From positions 186,001 to 250,000 of the forward strand of contig OZ025659.1 in the NCBI GenBank assembly GCA_964019335.1: a stretch of DNA of 64,000 nt, read 5' to 3'. This DNA comes from Diplonema japonicum (Eukaryota; Protista; Euglenozoa: Diplonemea). A program made the translations under genes and the position numbers. A model generated the notes under the pieces. The model was not told where the DNA came from. It worked only from the letters and a program-made list of their open reading frames with translations, and made no database searches. Of this stretch, positions 1 through 11,600 are shown one piece after another; the first letter of the stretch is position 1; every line of letters begins with the position of its first letter.

Positions 1-438
1 AAAAAGAAGAAAAAGAAAGGTCTAGGTTTTTTTAGGGTTTCTTTTTGTCGAAAGAAGGGTGGCTTTTTTTTTTAACTTACTTCCCCAAGTTGTTTTTCTT
101 TTTTTTTTTTGCCCGAAATGTAAAAAGCAAGTTTTTTTTTTTCTTTTATATTCACGCTCAGCCCTGGGCGTGGAACAATAAAGTACTTGTTTTCTTTCTT
201 TTTTCTTTTTTTTCCTTTGAAAATTTAGCGTTGGGGGGGGGGGGGGGGGGGGGGGGATTGCTGCGCATGAAATAAAATTTCATTTTTCATTCGAAAGCAG
301 TTGTGCAGTAAATAAAAAAAAGATGTATTTATGAAAAATCAGCCAGATTCTCAATTGTGGCGACACTTAATACTCGTGGAGTGAATTCAGGTACACTGAT
401 TTTTCATAAAGTTTTTTTTTTTCTTTTTTTTTTTTTAA

Positions 439-2251
439 CCATCTACCAACGGACCATTTTTGCCCACCAGGGGGTAAATTTTCAAAACTTCAAAAAAAAA
501 CTATTCTAGCGCAACGCTGCGGCTATATGCCCCCGGAAATGCCTCCAGATGTCCCAATTCTAGAGAGAGGGTGCCCACAGCAGGGCCCACCCCCACAACA
601 TTGTCAAAAATATCGTTCCCGAAGTGCTCGAGAGGGAGTACAAAAAACAAGTCAAAAAAAATCGACTGTAAAATTCTATATAAAGCTATTTAAGGCCTTC
701 TTGACGCGGTTCGTACGTGCCCCATGGCTGGGGGACTTCTTTTTTGACCCCGAGAGGGGTTTCTGGGGGGTATCCCCGGCAAGGTGGTAGTCTTTGAAGC
801 ACGGAGTCACGCAAAGTTGTACCAAGCAGGCTGAACACTGAAATAGGGGTCTTTTCGACTTGCAATGCTTGCACCGCACGTTGCGAAGAAATGGTCCCAG
901 AAGGTACTGTCGTTGCATTGGGGCCTCAGGGCACTCGTTCTGTGTTTCGGGGCATGGTATTGGGGCAGCCTGCTCTGTAGTTGACTTTAGCTGTTGTTTG
1001 GGCAGCCTCCCTAGTAGCCCTTCGATGACTGCCTCTTTGAAAGGCGTGAATCCACTGTCGTTCATACTCAGGGTGTTGGGGGGCAATGCTTCTTTCCAAA
1101 CAAGCCAAGCATTTGCCAGAGATCTATCTAACAAGTACGAAAATACTTTCAGGGGCCACTTCGAAGTCATAAGGGTGCGTTTATGGCGTTTTGTCACAGC
1201 ATCACCCAGCGTCGGTTCCGCCCATTGCGGTGTTGTAAATATGCACTTGGTGGGGAGCGGGATGTCCTTTCTGGAGGGCCTCCGGCTTTCATTCTCTTTT
1301 GGCCGACACGCCAAATTTGACTTCACCAGAACATCCAACGTCGACAGAAAGCGCACAGGCTTGATGGCATGCCACGTTGTGGTGCAAAGGATGCTCACGT
1401 GCTGGTGGAACTGGGTGTCCCCACAGGGTGCGCGTCCTTGGGCTTGCGGCCTCGCTTCTTTGGGGCATCCGTGATCTCCGGGAGGCCTTCGCGATAGGTA
1501 GAAGTCAGCACGCTTGTTTGTTTCGCTGTGGAAACACAGATTTCCCAGAATAGTCAAAAAGCGGTCTCTTGACATGACGGTGGCGTACCCAGGGGTGTGG
1601 TTGAGAGGCGTGGAGCCAGTGCGCCAGTAGTCAGAATAATCTGGCTTGATATCCAAGTCCATCGACAAAAGGGCACCTAGGAAGGTATGCAGAGAAGCAG
1701 CATCGAGATCCAGGGAAGCACCTTTTTTAGCCGCATTTGCAACATTGTTCGAAGTTATGACCCGAATAACGTTTGGGACGAGCATTTGGGAGAAAGATAT
1801 ATGGAATGGCGTTGAGCCTCTGATGTCAAAACAGGGTCCACAAGGATTCCGATCTTCACGAAACCGGATGCCTTCCCACTGCTCCGGCTTTGCCGTCCAA
1901 TCACCCTGTTGTGACTCGGAATCGGTCGAATTCGAATCAGAATCACTGTTCGTATCAAAATTGCATAATAGGGATGAGCCATCAGTGCTACCATCACTCA
2001 TAATGTCCTCTTCCGGCCTCTTTCTGGGTGCCCTTTTTTGAAGTGATTTTTAAGGGTAAATTTGGGCTGGCGTTTTTTTTTTTATTTTTTCATTTTCTTG
2101 CAAAGTTAGGGCAGCATTTAGTTTATATTTTTCATATTTTCAGAGCAGGACCCCGGATGCGAGAAGTGTCCGGGCTGTATTGCATTGAAAGCCCTTTGCG
2201 CAAAAGATTTTTTTTCAAATCGTCTCTATAAAGACGCTCGTTGGTAGATGG
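439..2251 (-). mobile_element. piggyBac-like element, family 1 (internally deleted), TTAA TSD
   Basis: 13-bp TIRs CCATCTACCAACG (439-451) / CGTTGGTAGATGG (2239-2251), flanked by TTAA at 435-438 and 2252-2255; contains a transposase-like ORF. Confidence 0.93.
676..2001 (-). pseudogene. defective piggyBac transposase
   Basis: Acidic N-terminus, YW..MSRDRF motif, KW..KVFSYLLD..LANAW, C-terminal Cys-rich RCKHC..C..C...LC..PCF..YH. The first two catalytic Asp motifs are absent and YNTAMGGTD lies in another frame. Confidence 0.85.
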
Positions 2252-3401
2252 TTAATAACAGATTTTCGCATGGTTATCAAATTGAAATGAGTAAAAGGAG
2301 GTCTTCTGTGAGGTCCTTTTGAAGAAAAAAAAAGAAGAAAAAAAAACCCCCCCGTCATATCTCTAAAACCCTGCCAAAAGCACCCGCACTGTGAGAATGA
2401 TTCGAAAAAAAAAGTCGAAACAGTGGCTGGAAGTGAACGAGATGCAGCTTACCGAACACCGTTACAAAAAAAGATCTTTTTTTAAGGACTTTTCTTTTGT
2501 TGTACAAAAGGGTAGATATAGCGGGTAAAAAAAAGGGGGGGGGGGGGAATACGTTGAAGAGGCGAGAGGAAGGGGAACCCTGGGAGAAAAAAAAAAGGGG
2601 GGAACACTGCCAGTTGTTTGTAGAACAAAAGGAAGGGGGGAGGGAATATTTATAAGAGTTAAAGGAGGCCGGTGTTGGCGGCGCTCCGCGGCCGAGTTGC
2701 GTGCGGTGTACAGCTCAACCCCGGCCGGGGCATCCCGGGTAAGATTCGGCGCTCATGCGGTTTGCTGCCTGTTCGTCACCCTGAGCATCTGCGCTACGTT
2801 CTTCCACTCGGGCAGCTACCGGTGATGACCGACGAGGAGGTCAACAGCGAACAACACATCTGATGTACTTCTTATATTTCCATGTTAACCTTAAAAAAAA
2901 AAAAAAGAAAAAAAGAAAAAAGAAAACACTTTGGACACCGTCTTGGCTTTGGTTTTAAACAACATTATTGTCGAGACTTTAAAAAAAAAAAAAAAAAGAA
3001 AAAAAAACTAGTTGATGGGCAATATGATGAGTCGTATCATTAGGTAAATAAAATACCGCTTGTGAGCACAACAAATGAAGCTCCGGCCTAGTTTTCTTCT
3101 TCTTTTTTTTTTTTTTTTTTTTTTTTCCTTTTCGTTTCTCGCTTTTTTCTTTTTAATTTGACAAGGTCAAAAAAAGCTCGGGCTGAAGAGTTTCAGTTTA
3201 CCACACGGGAGGGGGGGGGAGTACTGACCAAATCCGATTATAAAAAACACACAAAAGACAAATAAGAACAAAACAAAACAAAAAAAAAACAAAAAAAAAC
3301 TACACCACACGGAAACATAAGACAACAACAAACCCCCTTTTTCAGTAAATATTATTATAAGTTTTTATCTTTTTTTTTCTTCCCCTTCTTCTTCTCCTTC
3401 C

Positions 3402-4793
3402 TCAACAGATCAACTGCAGCAAAATGTACCCCAAGAACGAGCTCCGGATCAACACGTGGGCGACACCGAACACCACCTTCAAGACAGGAACCCGCAGCGA
3501 CCGCAGGAAATACATCATAATCTCCAGCGGGACGAACACAAATGCAGTCCATGGGAACATTCTTGGAACCAAACAATAATTGACAGGGAACAATGAAGTC
3601 GGAGGAAGCGGGTACTTGATGTAAGTGTCTTGAATCAAGAGCGCAAGGTCCAACGCCGTTGGAGCATCTGGGAGCTTGTTCTTTTTGCGAAGATCTTCAC
3701 GGAAAATCTCCAAAATATCGTTCAAAGTCAAACGCTCCTCATCGGGCTGGTTTCCGTATCTATCCGAATCTTCCTTCGAGTCGAAGCACCTCGCTCGATA
3801 CACCACCGAAATCCGCAAGTCATCCGTTGTGTAACGATGCTTCACATCCCCGTTGACAAGAATACCCCATTTGTCATCACCCAAATACTCCAAAACATTC
3901 TCGTCGGATTTGTCTAACAAAGGAGCCCGCGCGTTTTCCGAGTAGTCCGTTGCAGCATGAATGATTTTGCTGCCGTCCAATGCCGAGCCTGCCAGGCGTT
4001 TTGGAGGGAGTTTTACAGGGGTGGTGTCGGTTGGGTGATTCCAAAAAACAAACTCGCCTGCTCTGTTTTCCGTCCATTCGTGGATATATCCTACAACCTG
4101 AACCTGATGGATGAACCTTTTTTCAAAAAGCCCGGAAAATTTCATTGCAGCCAACAACCATTGCGGGACATCAAATCGCGATGCACCCCAAAAGTACACA
4201 CCATCAATGTGTGTCGCCACCGTCTGCCCTGGAACCTGTACAATAAAATTGAACTGGAAGGGATCGAGATATTGTTGGGTAGGCGGGCACACACTCTTTG
4301 CGGAGTCCTGAAAATTACGGCCTTCAAACACCTTCGCCATCCACTCGTATTTTACAAAATCGAAATTGTACGCCCCGAAGGATTGCAGCCTTGATACTAA
4401 GTTTTCGTATTTTTCCTTTAACCCCAGAGTGCCTCCAGTTACAATGTAGTGTTTTCCAATGTCCATTCTGCCTGCTAGGATGCAGTGAGTTCTGTTTACG
4501 TTGGGGACCATTAAGGGGTGTTTGCACCCTCCTTTTTCAGTCATTGGGACGGCCTCGCCGACGTGTTCGTTACGTGTTTTGTAGAATTTCAGGTCGTTGG
4601 TGTTGCTTGGAAGGCGTTTCATCGTTTTCATAGTTTGCATTAGCCCGGCGGCTTCTTCTTCGCTTATCAAATCGTCCCTCATTACCACCGTGTGTCCGGT
4701 CATGTGCTCCGGGATCTCTACCTTTGGTAGCTGCATCACATACCCCAACACTGCCGCAACCAGCACCGCGCTTATGGTGATACTTTTAAACAT
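3402..4793 (-). CDS. secreted/membrane-anchored 2OG-Fe(II) oxygenase-like protein
   Basis: 463-aa ORF with hydrophobic N-terminus, HxD (ATHIDG), distal His (IIHAA), RxS (LRISVVYR) and hydrophobic C-terminus. Confidence 0.65.
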   Translation of the reverse strand: MFKSITISAVLVAAVLGYVMQLPKVEIPEHMTGHTVVMRDDLISEEEAAGLMQTMKTMKRLPSNTNDLKFYKTRNEHVGEAVPMTEKGGCKHPLMVPNVNRTHCILAGRMDIGKHYIVTGGTLGLKEKYENLVSRLQSFGAYNFDFVKYEWMAKVFEGRNFQDSAKSVCPPTQQYLDPFQFNFIVQVPGQTVATHIDGVYFWGASRFDVPQWLLAAMKFSGLFEKRFIHQVQVVGYIHEWTENRAGEFVFWNHPTDTTPVKLPPKRLAGSALDGSKIIHAATDYSENARAPLLDKSDENVLEYLGDDKWGILVNGDVKHRYTTDDLRISVVYRARCFDSKEDSDRYGNQPDEERLTLNDILEIFREDLRKKNKLPDAPTALDLALLIQDTYIKYPLPPTSLFPVNYCLVPRMFPWTAFVFVPLEIMMYFLRSLRVPVLKVVFGVAHVLIRSSFLGYILLQLIC

Positions 4794-4846
4794 TTCTTTT
4801 TCTCTTCTCCCTTCCGTGTAAATTTAGAAGAAAAAAAAATTGTACT

Positions 4847-4890
<44 letters not shown>

Positions 4891-5039
4891 GGGGGCGGGG
4901 AAGAACCATGAAAATATAACAAAAGTAATATTAAAAGAAAAGGGTGGGATATATTATATTGTTTTTGGAAAAAATAAAAAAGTAAAAAGAGTACAAGAAG
5001 AAGAAAAAAAAAAAGAAGAAGAAAACAGAGACAGTAAAG

Positions 5040-5405
5040 GTACTTCCGGTATGTCCTGTAGAGTCTCAATCTATCTCTTGATCGAATCTTTCTGCTGTGG
5101 CAAAACCCTCAACCGAGTTGACACAATATTGTTGTACAACCCTCTCAACTACTTAGGAGCCGTTGTAACAACCCAACGTGCGTAGGGAGTGGACAGGGAT
5201 GAGGGGGCCAATGCGCTTATTGGTGCGGATGCGTTCTAGTGCCGCTATCACCCGGCCTATGACACGCGCGCTCACTAGGATATCCTCACCCTCTTCACAA
5301 GGTGAAACCCCCACCGTGGCTTAAAGTCTATGGCTAGTTTGAGCTTGGAGACCTGTCCACCTGTTGTGCCCCAGTGAAGGCCAGAGAGCCATCGGATGAC
5401 AACAC
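5040..5405. ncRNA. candidate structured non-coding RNA (unidentified)
   Basis: Homopolymer-free island with no convincing ORF; 9-bp long-range stem 5189-5197/5352-5360 and several local hairpins. Confidence 0.3.
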
Positions 5406-5561
5406 AGAAAAAAAACACCGAAAAAGATCAAAACGGGGGCGGGGGGGGGGGGGGGGGAGAAATAAATAAAGAAAGATACAAGAAAAAGTAAGAAAACAAA
5501 AAAAGGTTATGCACAGTGGAAAAAAAAAAAAAAAAATACAATAAAAGAAATCTTTTTTTTT

Positions 5562-7580
5562 TTAAAAATCATCATCGCTTGTCTGGCTGATGGCGTCTTC
5601 CAACAACGAGAAGAGCTCCATGATCTCTGGCGATTCCTCGATTTTTCCAAGACACATTTGTTCCTCTTCTTCGATTCTGCTCCGGACCGCAGGCTCCTCA
5701 ACGTTTTCCAAATGCAGAGTTTTGTGTAATGTCTTCAGCAACCTATAGGTGTTTCTCTCCTCATCCGTTCGTAACGTGAATTCAGACTCCCAAAGCGAGT
5801 AACGCCCTCTGGCTTCGTCTTGAAGCATTTCTGAAGCTGCGATGGCAAAATTTTCGAGGGTCGGCATTGTAACAGCACCCGATTTGATTTTCAGCAGCTC
5901 GTTTTTGGCTTCCTCAAGTTCTTTTACGATAGAATCCCGTGATTTGAGCTCTTCTCTGGCGGTGTCGAGCTCACGTTGTTGCGCTTTGTTGAGCTTCAAG
6001 ACTTCGTTGAGGCGCTCTTCGGCGAGCATTGCGCGTTCTTTTAACTCCCTCAAATCGTCAGGTGGTGCTGGATACCCGATTCGCCCTTCTGGAGAAAACG
6101 ATGTTTCTAACCGATCGATCGACGACATTAGGTTCTGGGAAATATCACGGAAATCGTTGCGAAGTGATGTGATGGAGGGCTCGACGGAGGCTCGGATCCT
6201 CTTCTCAGCAGCTTCAAGTTTGGCGTCGATGTCTTTCACCCGATTGTCCTCACGGTGCAACTGCGACAAGCGGTCGTACGTGCTTGAAATTTTTTTAACG
6301 TGGAAGTTGTGTTTTTCTGTGAGGACGTTGTACTCTTCTATTTCTCCTTGAACAATCTCCCATCGCCTGCGATCTTCGGCTTGTTTAACATCCCTTCGAA
6401 GCTTGTTTAATAAATCCGCGTGGCCTTTGCTCACGGTGCTCAGATGGAGAATCGAGTCCCAGTTGTCCGTCTGATGCTGCATTATGGTTCTGTAAGCCTT
6501 CACTTCATCATCCTCCAAGCATCTCACGCTGGCGATCAATTGTTGAATGCTGCGGTGCCGTGCTGAACGTGCTTCCTCCGCAGCTTGCCGTCTGATTATC
6601 TCATCGTCTTCAGGGAGATTTTTTGGTTGTGTGATTTTATAAGGCGACGGGGGAACCGATACACGGATTGTTCTAGCGGATGATAAGTCGGACACCATTT
6701 CCTTGAGAATCTGCTGGCAGCTTCTCCTTTCATCACGCATCAATTTCTCCCGACAGTTTACTTCTAACAGGTATAGACGAAGCTTTTCCGTTTGCCTAGC
6801 ATCCTCCATCGACGATAAAGTTGTTTGAACGCTTCCCAACGACGCACTGCGGAATGCCAATGGTGATGCAGATCTCATGTTGCTAGTAGGTATGTACATG
6901 GAATCCGGTGTTCTAGGAGGTAATGGTGTTCTGAAGCCAAGCGTGCGAGGTAGAGGTGATGGCGATGCTGCCATTGAATTTCTGTGAACACGTGGAGGGG
7001 ACGATGTAGAAGGCGTTTCAACTCGACCTTTGAAATTCCCGGAAACAATGTGGTTGTTTCGATCAATGTAACCTTGAAAATCCCCGTTGATCCTACCCCG
7101 CACTGGCGATGCCGTCGATGAAACTTTTTTGAAATGTTCGCACAGCCCGGACACTTCCTCATAAATCATAGTTGGGAGGACACCCTCAAATTCTGTCAGA
7201 AACGCTTGTATTCTCCTCGGGTCACCTGAGTCTAAAACCGGTTTGATTGTATTTTTGGCGCGTTCTGTCTCGATTACGAGGTTTTTTGCGATTTTTAAGT
7301 CGGTTCGCATTAGCTGCCCGTTAGGGTGTTGTTCGGCCTCGTCTATCCATTTTACGAGCGTGGCGATGTCGGTCTTGTCCTCCACAGCCCTCTTGAGGCC
7401 ACGTCTTAGCCCGCCGCACATACTCTCCCATTGATTCAGAACCATTTCCCCCTCTTTCAGACCCTCATCATACGGGAACATCGAACGGCCGCTTTCCAAG
7501 ATATCCTCTAGCTTCGCACAGTCCCCATCCCGCATTGCTTGGTGAAGCGCCGCACTAAACCGTTGAGGGGTTAACATCAT
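5562..7580 (-). CDS. hypothetical coiled-coil protein
   Basis: Long ORF; first ATG after the A-rich leader is at 7580; central SP/TP-rich region and C-terminal coiled coil. Confidence 0.8.
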   Translation of the reverse strand: MMLTPQRFSAALHQAMRDGDCAKLEDILESGRSMFPYDEGLKEGEMVLNQWESMCGGLRRGLKRAVEDKTDIATLVKWIDEAEQHPNGQLMRTDLKIAKNLVIETERAKNTIKPVLDSGDPRRIQAFLTEFEGVLPTMIYEEVSGLCEHFKKVSSTASPVRGRINGDFQGYIDRNNHIVSGNFKGRVETPSTSSPPRVHRNSMAASPSPLPRTLGFRTPLPPRTPDSMYIPTSNMRSASPLAFRSASLGSVQTTLSSMEDARQTEKLRLYLLEVNCREKLMRDERRSCQQILKEMVSDLSSARTIRVSVPPSPYKITQPKNLPEDDEIIRRQAAEEARSARHRSIQQLIASVRCLEDDEVKAYRTIMQHQTDNWDSILHLSTVSKGHADLLNKLRRDVKQAEDRRRWEIVQGEIEEYNVLTEKHNFHVKKISSTYDRLSQLHREDNRVKDIDAKLEAAEKRIRASVEPSITSLRNDFRDISQNLMSSIDRLETSFSPEGRIGYPAPPDDLRELKERAMLAEERLNEVLKLNKAQQRELDTAREELKSRDSIVKELEEAKNELLKIKSGAVTMPTLENFAIAASEMLQDEARGRYSLWESEFTLRTDEERNTYRLLKTLHKTLHLENVEEPAVRSRIEEEEQMCLGKIEESPEIMELFSLLEDAISQTSDDDF

Positions 7581-8626
7581 TGTGGTTTGCCTTTTTTTTG
7601 TTTTATTATTATTTGAAGATGAAGAAAAAGAGGGGGGGGGGGGAAGGAAGAAGATTCGTGTAGGAATAAGGAGGGATATAAAAAAAAAAAGAAAGAAGAA
7701 GAAGAAGGAAGAACGCACACACACAACCACGTTATAAAGGAAGCAGGAACAAGAGAAAACGTGAGGAAATAAAATATTAAAAAAAATGAATTGGGTGAGG
7801 GGGGAAAGGGAGGATGCTAAAAGCGAATGAAAAAAAAAAACTGCGCTGTGTTTTTTTTTTTTTTATATAGAAATAAAACATGGGATATGTTTCCCAGGCG
7901 AAGGAAATGGGAAAAATAAAATCAAACGTTTTTTTTCTTCTTCTTATTTTTTTTTTTTTTTCCTGTCGATTTTAAATACGGAAGAGGGACATTGGTTCCC
8001 CTTTTTTTTTTTCCATTTCTATTATTACAGTGAAAAACTCCAGGACTGACCTGGGAGATTGTCAGACCGGGCCATTTTCCATCCGGGGCTTTTCTTAAAG
8101 GCCACAAACCCCCACCAGCGCCACTGGGTTTTCAGAATTCATATGCTATCTCCGGGTTAGGGTGCTCCTTAAGAAAAGCACCCGGACTGACAAATATTAG
8201 AGCTATTTTTGGCGTCATTTTTCACGTTGAAGTTTTTTTCTTTTTTTTTTCTTTTCTCTTTTAGCTTTTTCGAACTCGACACGTTTTTTTTTTTTTTTTT
8301 TTTATATTTAGCAAAACGTTTTTTTTTTTCTTTTTTTTTTTCTTCTATTTATTCCTTTCTTTTTTAGAAGCACAGCCAAAAAATATATATAAAAAAATCA
8401 CTCATTTTCTTTCCGTTACCACACCCCATTTCCCCCCCCCTTTTTTTTTTTTTTTTTTTGCAAGAGGTACACTTTTTTTTTTTCCATTCGAATTCGATGG
8501 CAATAAATAAAAAAATTTTTTTTGAAAAAAAGGCAACTCCGAGATACAAAAAAAAAGGGGGAACAATAAAATAGGGGGAATGGGGGGGAAAAAATAAAGA
8601 GCAAAAAAAAAAAAAGAAAAAAAAAC

Positions 8627-11600
8627 CTATAATTTCTCAAGAACCACAAGTAGCGACGACTCCTCAACCTTGCTGCCCTTCTTGATAAGGACTTTCTTGA
8701 CGGTCGAGGGGAAGGGTGCTGTGGCATCCACTTCCATCTTCATGGCACCCACGACAGCGATCTTGGTTCCCTTTTCAAGCTTGTCCCCTTCGGCCACGAG
8801 GAGGTTTTCGATTGTACCACTCATGGGCGATCCAATTTCACAGGGATTCTCAGCGTCCGCCATCGGTCCAGTGTTGGCTCCTTCCGCCGATGCATCAGGT
8901 ATTTTATACACAATAGGGGGGAGGGCGTCCTTACCTGTCACTGAAACAGCGAAAGTGACCTCACGAATGGCTCCATTTACCAACGGCCCAACACGCTTCA
9001 GAGTTACTGCCGCATTTCCCTTGAGTTCATTTGACACAACTTCCATCTTCTGCCCAACAGTCATCCCGTACCAGAAGACGTCGCTCGGCAGGTTGGTCAC
9101 ATCCACACTGTGCTCCTCAATGTAGTCAAGGAAATCGTCGAATACCTTGGGGTACAGCAGGCTGCTGATCACCTCGGTGGCCTCGACCTTTCTCTTCAGC
9201 TTGTCCTCCAGCTGCGCCTTCACCTTCTCGAAATCGTCCGCAGGCAGCGAATCACCAGGCCTGGTACCCTTCGTGATCGGTTGGACCCCCTTCAGAATGA
9301 TCTTTTGAATATCCTCAGGGAACCCTCTGTGGGGGAACCCAAGACGACCGGCCATCTGTTTATTTTTATACTTTTTTTAGAATAAAAACATACCAAATCA
9401 ATAGACGACTGAGGGAAGTCGATGAGATGCCCACGTGTGCGGACGTCTTCAGCGGTCCTTTTTTTTAAAAATTATTTTTTAATTATTTCTCATACATCTG
9501 CCTCTGGACAAGGTAGAGAGCAAGGTCGCCGACGCACTTGCTGGAAGGCGTCACCTTCACGATGTCTCCAAACAGCCTGTTCACGTCTCGGTACATGTCG
9601 CACACCTCCCCCCACCTCGCTGCGAGGCCCATGGACTTGCACTGAACAAGGAGGTTGGAGTACTGCCCACCGGGGATCTGGTGGTCGTACACACGCGCAG
9701 TACCCGAAAGCATCCCGGACTCGAAGGGCGAGTACAACGAACGGATCCTCGCCCAGAAGGTGTCGAGCCGCTCAAGAGACAAGTACGGGATCTGCGGGTA
9801 CTTCGGACTGTTCGCCGTCTCAAGGTCCGCAAGGAACGCGTTAAGCGAAGGCTGCGAAGTCCCATCTGCAATGCTAGCAATACAAGTATCAACAACATCA
9901 CAACCCGCATCAGCCATAGACAGCACTGTGGCCAGCGAGATAGACGAAGTAGCGTGTGTGTGGAAGTGAATAGGAATATCAGACCCCGCGCCTTCTCTAA
10001 GAGCCTTCATGAGAGGCTCTGCAGCTGATGGCTTCAGAAGCCCCGCCATGTCCTTCAGACCGATCATGTGGGCGCCAGCTGCAACGACATCCCTTGCAAG
10101 GTTTTTGTAGTACTCCAGGGTGTAGATTTTCTCCTCGGGACGGAGGAAGTCTCCTGTGAAACAGATGCACACTTCGGCAACCTTCTTTGCCTTCCTCACG
10201 GCATCGATGCACACCTTCATCTGAGCCACATCGTTGAAACAATCGAAGATTCTGAAGATGTCCATCCCGTTCTCTGCGGCGAGCCTACAGAACTCAGCGA
10301 TGGTGTTGTCAGGGTACGACTTGTAGCCAACTGCGTTGGCGCCTCTGACGAGCATCTGGAAACAGATGTCGGGCATCGCCTCGCGCATCTCCCTCAGCCT
10401 CTTCCACGGGCACTCGTGGAGGAACCTGTACGCCACGTCGAAGGTTGCACCGCCCCACATCTCGAAACTGAAGGCGCCTGTCTGCCCGCCCATGACCCTC
10501 GATGCTTCCTTGGCGCAGTCCATCAGATCGGTCGTTCTTACACGCGTGGCTAGAAGCGACTGGTGTGCGTCTCTCATTGAAGTGTCAGTGATGAGCACCC
10601 TGTCTTGCTTTCTCACCCATTTCGCGAGCTCTTCGGGGCCCTTCGTATCCAAGATCTTCTTGGCATACTCCTCGCATCTCGGCACCTTGGGCAGCTCCTC
10701 TTCAAAGGCATCCTTTGCAACAGGCGGCAGACCGTCCTTAAACGGCCACGCTCCCTTGTGTGCGGACCTCTCACCGCAGACGGTCTCCTCGGCAACCTTC
10801 CTGAGCAGCTTGCATTCCGGTGCAACGGGTTTGGGCTTGGGTTTCTCAGCAGGAGGCGCCGTTGGTGGGGTGATCTTAGGAGCAACAGGCGATGGCTCCA
10901 TGTCGTACGTGACCTTGGCTCCACCAGCGGCAGTTCCGATGGGGGAGGCTGCCATGGGGGAGTCAGGGACGGTGGTGTCAAGAGGGCCACAGAGCCCGCT
11001 GGTGCCGAAGACACCCATGCCACGAAATTTTCCGTAACGGCTATCCACAAGCTGGTCATCCTCCATGGGGGTGAGCTCTTCGAGGGAGCGCAGAATGAAG
11101 GAACGGATATCCTTCTGAATAAGCGGGAAGGACTTGTGTGTTTCGAGCTCCTTCCCGTCGACCTCCCAGATGATCTCGTCGATGACGCCGAGCTCCTTCA
11201 GCTGCGAGGCGTAGATGTGCTGCGCAGTGGCGAGGGACCTGCAATCCTCGGGGAACTGTTTGGCCTTGTCCTCGTCGTTCTTGTACCTCCCGAGGATGGA
11301 CGCAGCGCCCTCGGGGCTGATGACGCCGTAGTAGGCGGAGGACATCATGGCGATACGGTCGCCCATTCCAAGACCGAGCGCACCGCCAGATCCGCCCTCA
11401 CCAAGCACAACAGTGACGATGGGTGTCTTGAGCATCGCCATGGCGACTAAGTTGGTGGCGATGGCTTCTGATTGCCCGACTTCCTCGGCGGCGAATGAAG
11501 GCAGCGCACCGCAGGTGTCGACGAAGGTCACGACGGGAAGCGAGAATCGCTCTGCAAGCTGCATCAAACGGAGGGCCTTCCTGTACCCGGGGGGGGACGG

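Noticed and set aside
2823-2863. TGATGA...CTGA as a C/D snoRNA
   Set aside because: Only 41 nt, no terminal stem, opposite strand to transcription, no recognisable guide
8154-8163. GGGTTAGGGT telomere-like motif
   Set aside because: Single unit, expected by chance
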